Positions 13,555-24,400 of a stretch of DNA of 64,000 nt are shown here, one piece after another. Numbering within the stretch: position 1 is the stretch's first letter; the number at the start of each line of letters is the position of its first letter. The notes beneath the pieces are model-generated. The model searched no databases, was not told the DNA's origin, and was given only the letters and a program-made list of their open reading frames with translations. The stretch lies in assembly GCF_009834535.1 (NCBI RefSeq), contig NC_045697.1, forward strand, positions 16,122,001-16,186,000, in the 5' to 3' direction. A program made the translations under genes and the position numbers. The DNA comes from Camelus ferus (Eukaryota).

Positions 13555-14148
13555 AACATGACTTCAAAATCATACATGTGTATTGAACTCTTACCATGAG
13601 TGTCAGATAACTCCATTATCTCATTTAATTCTTCAGATTGTGCTGTAAGATGGGTACTATTATTTCCCTCATTTAGTAAATAATGAAACTGAGGATCAGA
13701 GATATTAAGTAACTTGTCAATTCACAATGCTGTTGAGTGGAAGAAACTTCCTGGACAGATTCCGAGATCCATGATCTTCAACATGGCCTCATTAAGCCAA
13801 AAGTCAGTAGATATAATTAATTTTAATCAAAACCCGCTGAACAGCCTAGCCCCTATCCTGTTATCACGAGAATCCCAAGAATTAATAAGAGAATGATGTG
13901 CTTCCCTCTTCATCATGTAGAGGAGATTCTGTGCTGATCACTCTTCATTGTCCCTTCAGATTCATTCTTTGCCCTTCTCATCCCTGCACTCTGCCCCAAA
14001 ACTCTGATCTCAAGAATGGCATCATTTGGACTCCACTTTTCTCTACTTCTATTTGGATTCTGCTAATTGAATGCTTACTGGCAAGAAATTGGAGGCAGGT
14101 GGGGGAAGGCTATCAATATTTCTTTCTTACTTTCACCTGTTGAGCCAT

Positions 14149-14185
<37 letters not shown>

Positions 14186-15216
14186 TAGTCACTGTGTTTC
14201 TTTTTCTACAGCCACAGAACCTGTGTAGAGATTCCTCATCTCTTGCTATGACTTTTTTTGAGTACTAGTAGCATCATTCCCTCCCCTACCCCTTGAGATC
14301 TCGGTTGGTAAAAGCTTCTTGTTATTGCTAGTCTCTGGGTGCTCCATCACCTCTAGTTGGTATCCTTGACCCTGTTTTTCTCTCTGCAAATAATGACCTC
14401 ATTGAGCTTTCTCCAATTAATCCTTTGTATGGACCATCTGATTCTTATCAGCAGCCCAATTGCTACAGTTTCATTGTGTTGATGGAATGGCCAATACTTG
14501 TCCATAGAAACAGAAAATTGCTTTTGATTTTCTCTTCGCTAAACATTTTCATTCTTCTGCATGAAGATTTTCCTATTTGATAAAAGTATGTTTTGATGGA
14601 TGAGCAGCTGAGGCCGGGAGAAGGAGCAGTGGAAAGAATACTAGACTAAATCCAAAAACCATGTCTGCGTTTGTATCTATTCATCTTCCTAATGAAAACT
14701 TGAGCAAATTCTAGAACCCCAGTGAGACTCAACTTCTTTATAATGGCAAGGACCAAAAAGATGCCTGTCAGAAAGCTGTATGAGGAATGAATGAGATAAT
14801 CCAATGAAAAGACTGCATTCTACAAAGATATATATATATATATATTTTTTTAAGGTATTTTAAACTTAACTAATTGCTTACACACTGTGTTAAAAATAAA
14901 TAATAGATTTGGGGGCACAATAATTGGACATTTTATAAAAGTGACTTAATACTGAATATTGTACATCCAGAAATCTGGGGGCTATCATATTCATGGGCAC
15001 CTTTTTTCTTTCTAACATGACTTTAAAATATAAATGTGTATTGAACTCTTACCATGTGTGTCAGATACTTCTCTTTACCTCCATTATCTCAATTAGTTCT
15101 TCAGAAAGTGCTGTGAGAGGATTACCATTACTTTCCTCATTTAGCAGGTGATGAAACTGAGGCTCAGAGAAGTTAAGTAACTTGCCTACTCACAGTGCTG
15201 TTGAGTGGAGGAAACT
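13555..15216 (+). repeat. Diverged direct duplication (13555-13748 and 15014-15216), each copy containing a reverse MIR
   Basis: Shared aacatgactt, tgtgtattgaactcttaccatg, ctccattatctc, tgctgttgagtgga..aaact; offset ~1.46 kb. Confidence 0.75.
13916..14468 (+). mobile_element. ERVL LTR (LTR33-like) with internal poly-T
   Basis: tgtagagg...cccttcagattcattctttgcccttctc...gctaca; T run at 14149-14184. Confidence 0.6.
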
Positions 15217-16819
15217 CACTCCAGTGCTAGCAGACTGCCTGGCTCATATTAGCTGCTCAGTAAATATTTCAAGAGGTACTCACTAAGTGCCTAAGGAATG
15301 GTGCCTAGTCTCAAATATCTCACTGCCTTGCAAAAAAAAAAAAAAAAAAAAAAGACTGAAAAGCACATACCTGTGAAGTGATTTATCTAAATAGGAGGGT
15401 ACTAGACTCATTCTGACCAGCAGGAGGAAAAACATGAAAGAATAAGATGGAATGGCATATGTAAAATGACCTGGTGTGACTCTAATATAGGATGATTGTG
15501 AGAAAGAGATGCTAGAAATAGTGCAAGCTCAGGCAAAGGTACTGAGGCGGAAATAGGAACATAGATACAAAATAGGCTTACAGGTCAAGATGGAAAAATT
15601 GGATTAACTAAATGAAAGAGAGAGACAGACAACACAATTAAGGAGAGGGTCAGAAGTTCTGACTTGGATTACTGCATGGCTGTTGGCACTCAACTGATAC
15701 CAGGACAAGCTTTAAATTTAGGTGTCATAATTTGAGTTCAGAACTATAACAGGAAAAATCAGTGGGATACATAAACAGATATGTTTGGCAAACTTTGAAA
15801 AATCTGGGTCTAGAACTTGGAGACATGTTAGGACTGCAGAAATATAATATGATATTTTATGAGTACCACAAAGAATGAATTATTTTTAAGAGCCGAATTT
15901 TTTGAATAGTAAGGGTTCATCACTTTAAACATTAAAACATAAACAAACAAACAAACAAAAACATTTAGAAAAGATCTTTCCAAAATTTTATTGCACATTT
16001 TCCTGCCCCCTTAAATGATGCATCTGGAACCAAATTTACGTTTTTCTTGATGGCTTTAGGGTCATCGTTATAATCATTTGTTATGCTAGCATGCTGTAAT
16101 TCAGGGATGCTGTTGGAGTAATTGAGACAGATAGATAGAACTGTTTCCCTTTGTTAAACAACTTCAGATCATTGCTGTGCTTTTTGTTTTTGAGTTTCAT
16201 TTTTCTCGTTTCTATGATTTCTCTTTTCTATGATTCCTCATTTGCTGTCAGCTGTTACTTGTGGCAGTTCTCAGTGTGTAACTGTGAACTGATGGACTGT
16301 ATCCTTTCAATCACCCACTCTTCAACTAACACCAGTCAGGAAACCAGATAATCATATATACTGTAGCTATGTGCAGAGCATGCCCAGACAGTTTCAGAAG
16401 GAGGAACAGAGCATCTTCCCAAGAGGGAACTACATGAACTTTAATGAAACAGATTTGGGATACTTCTTTTGACTCTTCAAAGGACTTTGATGTTTATTTT
16501 TTAGTTCTCAGCTGTGTTTCACGAAGGTAGCATGGCCAGAATTTGAGTTCTGGATTAAAATGTTTTTGTATGCATCCCCTAAAAAAGACAAAATAAGCCC
16601 ATAGTTCAGGATAATACAGGGTATTACATAGTTTTAATTCTCAGGCATAGAATCTGCTCTGATTTTCATCAATTATATAGGATTAAGTTTTCTTATCATT
16701 TTTTTTTTTTGGCACATTTGCTGCAAGAAAGAAATGTAAGGTCCATCTGATTAGCAGGTCTTTGGTGATGCTTAAGATTGTGCAAGGTCAGTAACTTAAA
16801 TTAGAATACTTTATTAAGT

Positions 16820-17440
16820 TTTTCAAGGTGACTAGATCAAACCCAGTTGATTGAGTACTCCAGTGTTTCTGCAGGTTGTACCCTTATGTGTTGGTCCATG
16901 TGCTTTTGCATTGTTTTCTAGGCAGGTTTTATTGATTTGTTGTCTTGTGTTCCCCTGTGCTAACATCCTGGAATGTGTTGCAGTCTCTCTAGTTAAAGTC
17001 GTCCTTCTCCATTTGTCACTGTTTGTCACCACAAATGCTGCTCTGAAGCTCTTTTTCTCTCCCACGTGCACATTTGTTAGCAGTAACTTGGTAGTGTCTA
17101 CTGGGTTATTTGTCTTCAAGGAATATCATTTTCGGTTTATTTTCACTGATACTCATTTAATGACTTGTCACTTTAACTCAAGCTATAATTTCCTGTCAAT
17201 TATATTGTAGATTTCTCAGGCATCAGTCAGCATGTCTCTTGATGTTCCTCCTGTTATGACTCATCTACAGAAATTTTCTTCCCTCCATGACCTTTGATTT
17301 CCTGAGAGTAGCATCTTACCCTCTCTTTACCACGTGGCTAAGAATCTATTGTCCTATTTTCACTCTGGCAGCTAAAAAGATAGCATGGTACATGGAAGCA
17401 TACGCCAGCTTCCTCCACTCTCATCTTTTGTGTGTTTTAC
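16820..17440 (-). mobile_element. Ancient RTE-clade LINE 3' ORF fossil (L4/MamRTE-like)
   Basis: KPKMIF, DTTKLLLTN, NSDKWR, HK(G)TTC...QLGLI/SHL resemble the RTE C-terminus LPKxLF, DTLKxSLKN, DRxxWR, CxxC...IGLxSH. Confidence 0.6.
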
Positions 17441-17445
17441 TCTCT

Positions 17446-17695
17446 AGACAGACATGCATGCACACAGGGAGAATACCATGCAAATATTGGAGTTATGCTG
17501 CCAGAAGCCAAGAAACCACCAGAAACAAGGATTGAGGTCTGGAACAGATCCCTCCCTAGAATCCTCGGGGGGAACATGGCCCTGCTAACACCTTGATTTT
17601 AGACTTTTACTCCTCAAAACCATGAGGCAATACCTGTCTGTTGTTTAAGTCACTTAGTTCATGGTATTTTTTACAATAGCCTAGAAAATTAATCT
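17446..17695 (+). mobile_element. 5'-truncated MLT1 LTR
   Basis: ggagttatgctgcca...catggccctgctaacaccttgattttagactt...gttgtttaag. Confidence 0.85.
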
Positions 17696-17857
17696 GACCC
17701 CCTTATCTGACTCTTTTTTTTAAAGAGGCATATATTAATCCAAAGAAAATTCTTTTGGAGAATCTGCTTTGCCCATCTCAAGAGAAAGTCTCTATATTTA
17801 ATGTATTAAAGTGTGTAAAAGGGATTTCCATTCAGCCCGAAGAACAACTTTTGAAAA

Positions 17858-18036
17858 CAGTGGTTCCTAAACCTGGTGACACACCAGAGACACTTGGGGA
17901 AACTTTAAAAATGAAGATGTCTAAGTTTTACTCTTTGGGGATTCAGATTCAGTATATTTGGGAGAGAATTTGATTATCTATTTTGAACAATATTTCTGGG
18001 TAATTTTTATGATTGGGTGAGTATAGGAAGCACTGA
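17858..18036. mobile_element. MER5-type hAT MITE
   Basis: cagtggttcctaaac...ggaagcactg terminal inverted repeats. Confidence 0.7.
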
Positions 18037-18399
18037 TCTAAGAGGTTGAGTAATGAAGGAGATATTTCAATAACTAGACATATCATTCTTGGAAAAAGAG
18101 ATCATCTAATAAACTTTTGACTCCTTTGCCTCCAATTTCATTGATTTTAAGATGAAATAAGCTAACCAGAAAACCTCTGCCCTGGCTTCATTCTTGTGAA
18201 GCCAAAGAGATGGGGACCTTGGGAGAGAGTGAATGTAATAAACTTCTAGGAGCTTTAACAGCCAAGGAATGAAATTTGGGAGATAGTTGAGTACTTTAGG
18301 AAATCAGATTTCATTCACTGTTCATTCAACAGAGTTACAGAGGACCTACAAGGAACCAGTAAATACAGACTCAGGCAAAGATGAGATATGTTCCTCTGA

Positions 18400-19900
18400 C
18401 CAGAGCTTCTAAAAGAAGAGCTGGTTCAAGAAGCAATGATAGCAAGCTTTAAAATGGGATTCTGAAAATACGACCTCAAGCAGCTACAGACAACAATATG
18501 GCTACACAGGGAGACCTCACAGGCAACCAGATTCTAAAAATCATGTGCAGAAGATGGAAGAGCGGCACAGAAGCAAAACTACAAAAGAAGGGCGTGATAC
18601 TATGAAATTTGAGTCAGAAAAACCTGATGTAGCAGGAAACCTTGCAGTAGCAGAGCAGGTAATATGATTTCCGTTTACAGTTAAACTAAAACTAAGGAGG
18701 GTCAAGCAACTTGGTCATGTCTCAGACTTAGTCGAGTGGTACTAAATTCTAGTCCTTTTCTTCCGCTCTGCTGCTCAAAGCTAACTCTCATGTTCCCAGT
18801 GGCATAAACCTAAAGAAATCAGGTGGGGGTATTTTGCAGAAAATAAAGCCAGAATTGCCACTTCACTTCTTATACATACAGACTTCCTATACATAAAGAA
18901 AAAGAAAATATAAAAAGAAAGTATAAGTCTCCAAAAAAATATTTTTAGCTAAAACTTGGCATGAGATATTCTCTAAGATTAAAGGGAAATCAATGTTCCT
19001 TTTTCTGATGCCCCAAATCAGGATGTGTCACTCTGTTTTTGCTTTTTCTAAGTTGATTTTTATAACCTTCCATATTTTTCGAATCACTGTAGTAAACTCC
19101 CTGATTTTGAAAGGTTGCTTGAATGCCTTTTAGTACCGGGCTTGAGAGTCCAAAGATGAATCTCTTTTCATGACCAATTTATGACATCCCCTTATGTCCA
19201 GATATGGTTATAATTTAGGCTTTTAAAGCTAACTCTTAGTTTAGTTTTGATGAAAATGACTGACACCCTGCTGAATATGGATTTTGGGCTGTAAGTGAAT
19301 CCCAGTCCAGGGGTCTAAAAGACCAGGCGATAGACGTCTAAATCATTAGTTGACTGCTTAATGTGTATTGGACAAGATCAAAGAGTTTGGTAATTTCCTA
19401 ATCAATTCTTCCAACAAGTCTTTGAGGTAAGAGGCTAATACTATTGAACTCATTTTGCCGGTGGGAAACTGAGGCACTGAGGAAGTGTATATTTTTGCCT
19501 TTTATTCCTGTGTTACAAGCAGTTCTGGGGAAAAAAAAAGTCCTGTTTTCTTTCTTATCTTCCATCTCTAGTCTAGAGTAGGCTATTTTCCATCACATGC
19601 TGGGAATAAGAATGAAAGAGAAAATACTAAGTAGTAAAAAGCTAAAACAGAACCTGTTGGACTAAACTTGAACATAGAAATGAATTTTTTTAGACAATCC
19701 TTCTACATCACAGATATATTTATAATCCTTGCCTAATACATCAGAATTGGCTGACATACTAAATTGTTGAATCGTGAGCTATTTTGGAAGGGGGAGAGAA
19801 CACAGTCAGGGTATCGACAAAAATGCAAGTGGATGTTCTGATCTATTTGAAAGGAACAGTGAGGGTCATAACCCATAATCTACAGAGGGTTCTATGCACT
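18400..19900 (+). mobile_element. CR1-like LINE 3' ORF2 fossil, two pieces
   Basis: 18400-18660: KIRPQ, HVQKMEERHRSKTTK (cf. LVRP, LExVQRxATK). 19715-19900: SL...ADIL...DLF..EGHN (cf. DLI..YK, LF..RGH). Confidence 0.4.
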
Positions 19901-20806
19901 TTTGGAAGAATTAAAAGGACAGAAGAAATATATTACAAGATTTGGGGGCAAAGAGCAAAGGAAGGATGTACACAAAGTTATCGTTCTTAGGAGATGAGAG
20001 ATCTGAACCCAGTCAGGAGACTCAAAGGGAACATGTGGGTGAGGCTGAAGAGCCAGGTGGTTGTAAGGAACTAGTGAGAGTCCTTAGTGTTCCATTGTAT
20101 TTCCCTGCCTGTGTTAGTCAGTTGCAAGTGTGCACAAAAATGCTGTGGCAAGGTCTGATGTTCACCAACATCTATTTCAGGTGGCATGAAAATCACTTAG
20201 AATCATCTATATGGGAGCCCACAAGCACCTTAGAGGTCATTTAGTTCAACACTGCCATCATACAGATAAAGAAATCAGACAAAAGTGAAAGACTTGCCCA
20301 AGGTCACAGAGCTCATTAGTAACAGCCTTTGGACTGGAGCCAAGGGTACTGAGTTCCAAAGTTTTTATTTTATGTGCACTATATTGTCCCTACTGTTTGT
20401 CAATTCATTCTTTCATTTAACAAATATTTCTGAAGTTGTCAATATGTTTCAGGCAATCTACTAGGCACTGGAGAGTCAAAGAAAAATGAGGCAGTTTCTA
20501 ACCTAAGACCTCACAGTCCAGTGAAACAGTCATATTTGTGTTAAGATACTGGCAACAAAATGATAAATACCATGAGAGTGACTACGGGAACAGAGAAGAA
20601 GAATGATATTAGAAGGGCACAGAATTTTCTTTCTTCCCTATAGTCTCGATTTTCCAAAATCAGTGATTTATGGTGGAATTCTATTTCAGATCATCGATCT
20701 GAAATGAGAGCCTTTAAGAAAATATAAGCTTAGCCTTTTTCCCCTTTTTTTATGAATGTGAATCAGAGTCACCATATATTTGGAAGTTTAATTTTTGGGG
20801 GGCTTC

Positions 20807-21224
20807 TATTATGGATTGAATTGTGTCCCCCCAAACAAGATATGTTGAAGTCCTAATCCTGTCTACCTCAAAATGTGACTTTATTTAGAAATAAAGTATT
20901 TACAGAGGTAATCAAGTTAAAATGAGGCCATTAGGATGGGCCCCAATCTAAAATGACTGGTGTCCTTATAAAAAAGGGAAATTTGGACATGCACAGAGGG
21001 AAGAGGATATGAAGACACGCAGGGAGAAGAGAGCTGTATGACAGGAGTGATGTATTTATAAGCCAAGAAATGCCAAGAATCCTCCACTAGAATTCCAGAC
21101 TTTTTTTTTTTTTTTTTGAATTCTAGCCTCTAGAACTGTGGAACAATAAATTTCTGTTGTTGCAAGTGACATAACTTTTTGTTTGTCTTTTACTTTGTTA
21201 CTGCAGCCGTAGGAAACTAATACA
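20807..21224 (+). mobile_element. MLT1C-like solo LTR
   Basis: tattatggattgaattgtgtccc...ggaaactaataca with perfect 5-bp TSD gcttc. Confidence 0.9.
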
Positions 21225-21458
21225 GCTTCCTGGACAGTGATCAAAGAGCAGGGCTGATTTCTGTTCCTAATTCTTTGCTCCAAGACTTAAAATAAAAAAT
21301 GGCTGGCAGCTGTGTGGCCACATTTGACTGAGTCACGTGGACTCTTGACTCCAGAGCCAGTGCAGCTGAACTCTTGCACAGAGTTCTCTGAATTGGGATT
21401 TTGGGATATTCCCATCTCCTCACCTCATTCAAGTCACTGTTAGTATTCCTTCAGTAAG

Positions 21459-21616
21459 CTTTTTTTTTTTTTTTTTTTTAAATTGAGGTATAGTTGATTT
21501 ACAATGTTGTGTTAGTTTCTGGTGTACAGCATACTGGTTCAGTCACACACATGCATATATATATTTTTTCTTTTTCATTTCCTTTTTCTCTATAGCTTAT
21601 TACAAGGTTTTGAATG
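21459..21616 (-). mobile_element. Young L1 3'-end fragment with poly-A tail
   Basis: T run followed by aattgaggtatagttgatttacaatg... Confidence 0.9.
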
Positions 21617-22279
21617 TCATTGGGTTCTTAATGTGGTCTCACAACTATCTCAGGTTCATAAAAATTGTAAACCACTGGCCAAACCAAAAGCACAAAACTC
21701 CTTCGCTCTCTGGCTTTAGAATGCCAGGCTTTTCATGCTAAAATGACTGGGCTTCCAAGTTTCCACTGAAAACCTCTGATATGGAGATTGTTGTCACAGT
21801 AAGCTGATATTTTAAAAATGATTCTGATGACCACAACTGCCATACAGGGTACAGTGCTTTTTAAAACCTGATAACCATGACTGCAGATGGCATTTCAAAG
21901 ATATACTCTTCTAATATAAAAAAAAAGCCATTAGGCAGCATCTTTGAGAGCCGTGTAATTTTACATAGAAGAATGCTGCAGTGGTGTAAGAACCAAGTTG
22001 CTTGCAGGTTAGGTTAGGGACATCAGCTCTGTATCCCTTCTGCAGCTGACCACTGTGCACCTCACACAATACACTTCTACTCTCTGTAGCTGCTACTTCA
22101 TGGAGCAGAAAACCTGGGCAATGATATTTATCTCCTCCTTCCTTGAAGTATGGTGAAAGTATAGAGATTTGTGTTAGGGATACTTTTGGAACTCAACAAG
22201 TGAAAACATATATATACACACATACACACACACACACACACACATATAATTTTCAAAATTTCTTCATACAAATTTATGT

Positions 22280-22868
22280 TTAATTATTAAGGTGGGGGGA
22301 TGATCCCCTCCTGTATATGGAAATCTTCCTTGAAAGGATTGTTGCATACATTGTCATGGATGTCACAAACTCATGGTGGGAAATGCTGGTGAACAATGAG
22401 GTCACAAGAATGTACTGGTATCTAAAGCCTTTGTCCTCAGACACAGCTAAAAATTGGGCAAAGCCAGTCATAGAGGTAAGAGATCTAATTCTCAAGTTGC
22501 TATATTACCTCGCCATGGGATAGAGTGGAATCTGAATATCAATGTTAATACATTGAGCCATGAATAGGAATACAGAAGCAAATCTGAGCATAAAGCACTA
22601 CTGAAGTTCTTCTTGGCTATATTACACAAGCCCACAGAAGATGGCCTTCTTAGAAGATTCTTAAAGGGTAGCAACTTGTTTTACACATAGCGTCGAAATC
22701 TTGATTTCCATCTTCAGGTAGAGCTCATCCTTTCCAAGTATAGATCAGTTTATACTTACAGGTAATAATATTCATACAGGTATGTCAACGTGAGATTTCA
22801 TAAACAAAAAAGCTTTGTTGAGAATGATTGAACCTATCTCAATGGTAGAAAACTGTATGCAGTTTATT

Positions 22869-22923
<55 letters not shown>

Positions 22924-24400
22924 GAGCCATCCAAGGCATTTCCAAGTGCTCTCATGTCAGTATCTAACTCTTCTTCACTAAGGAACTGGTGATACTGTTG
23001 ACCCAGGGTACTGTTTCCTCATCTTCTGTCCTGGTCTGGTCTGTATACTTTTGTGGGCACTCCAAGCCGTCCTTGCCTTGTGCTTTCTGCTGTGGGGCAC
23101 AGTTTCTCATTTCAGTTCTCTTGGTACTAACTCCTGAAGCTTCTAGACCTGGAGTGTTGGCTCCTGAGTCTGCCGGATGCTGCAGCTCTCTGCCTCTTTG
23201 GTCAGAGTGCACTGAGAGCAGTTCTTGTGGGGCACTTGTGGTCTTTTGATAGGAACACTATTTTTCCTGAGCTTAGAGACACTAAAATGGGGGCGGTTAA
23301 AAAATTATGGTGGAGTTATTTAGTTTCTGATGCTGGTCAGCTGAACAGTACTGTGCCATTCCCTATGTAGCGCTATTAAATCCCCACCCAATATCCTTAA
23401 CCGCTCAGTGATACGGTTATTGTAGCTAATGCTGTGTTGCATTATAGCTCTAAGAAACAACCTTTTCATAATAAACCTCCGTCTTTTCTTTCTTTTCTAT
23501 CTTCTTCTCCTTCCCCTTTAATCCTCACTGAGTGTTTAGTACATGCTAAACACTCCACTAAGCACTAGGCATACAAAGATAAAATAACCCTCTTTATTGC
23601 ATCCTACCCCAAGCTCACAACCTGTGAAGGTGACAGTCAATTAGACGAAAAGCTACAACATATTTTTGGAATGTGCTGAATGAGATACAAGCTACCATGG
23701 GGATAATTAATATTGTTGGGGAATCAGGGATCTTTCATGAAAAAGATGCTATATGAACTGAATCTTGGAGGGAAAGCACATTTTGCAGCAGAGGGAAGGT
23801 ATGAGGTAGAATAAGAACAAAATCATAAAGGTGTCTCTGTATGCGATGTGCTAGCCACTGCTACTTTTCAGTCCAAGCCATCATCAGTCATAGTTATGGC
23901 AGGTGATTGCACATTGCATATGGCAGTCATACCTATTCCATGTAAAACATTTCTTTAACCATCCACTTTAAATTTTCTTGCCTCAGGGTACCCATTCCCA
24001 ATTTTTCATCTTTTTCTCATATGATGGTTTGTCTTCCCTTCCCCCTCCAAAACCCCACAAGTACATGTATATTCTCATTCTGTTCTCTGTGAACATGTTC
24101 AAGTTTGTCACCAGCCTTTGAGAAGGTCTGTGAAGCCACGAGAAGAATAATTCCACTCTCCAGCCCACCGAGAACACACAGGTCTTCCTCTGTGGAAGTC
24201 TCCAGATAGACACTGATGGAGCCTTCAGATAAGTGCAATTCATTGCGCTAGTGAACAGATGGATAGAGCCATGGGCTGTTACTAAACAAAAGTGTAAGAA
24301 TATATCCTGCAAAACTGCTGCATTTTGCTTGTGGCTGCAAAACTGTCTCCAGCTCTCCACCTCTCAAATGTTTTCTGGTACTTAAGTTTTAGAAAGCAGA
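22280..24400 (-). mobile_element. Ancient LINE endonuclease and linker fossil (CR1/L2 superclade)
   Basis: 24380-23985: EDLCVL..GIILLV..HVLVGFWR. 23245-22964: PWVNSI..LVKK. 22740-22600: DELYLK, CNIAKKNF. Confidence 0.4.
22870..22921. repeat. Perfect (CA)n microsatellite, ~26 units
   Basis: Directly visible. Confidence 0.97.

Larger units (their letters stand above)
10320..16330 (-). mobile_element. Second fragmented CR1-like LINE fossil (linker, RT start, post-RT)
   Basis: Collinear pieces. 16310-16050: WVIERI...TRKMKLKN...KQFY (linker). 12540-12400: NPTNNQPSIGL..CGK (cf. DPxNYRPISL..GK). 10780-10320: KMERWSEEKNKPF, RDTKVLLE (cf. LERWSExNxMxFN, RDLGVLVD). Confidence 0.5.

Noticed and set aside
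22292..22475. Open plus-strand exon candidate ending GAG|gtaag (WGDDPLLYMEIF...)
   Set aside because: Weak acceptor, no recognisable protein, and it lies antisense to a LINE-like linker.
17446..22900. Inversion to explain plus-strand coding-like blocks
   Set aside because: Independent LINE insertions in opposite orientation explain it, and no matching second breakpoint is visible.
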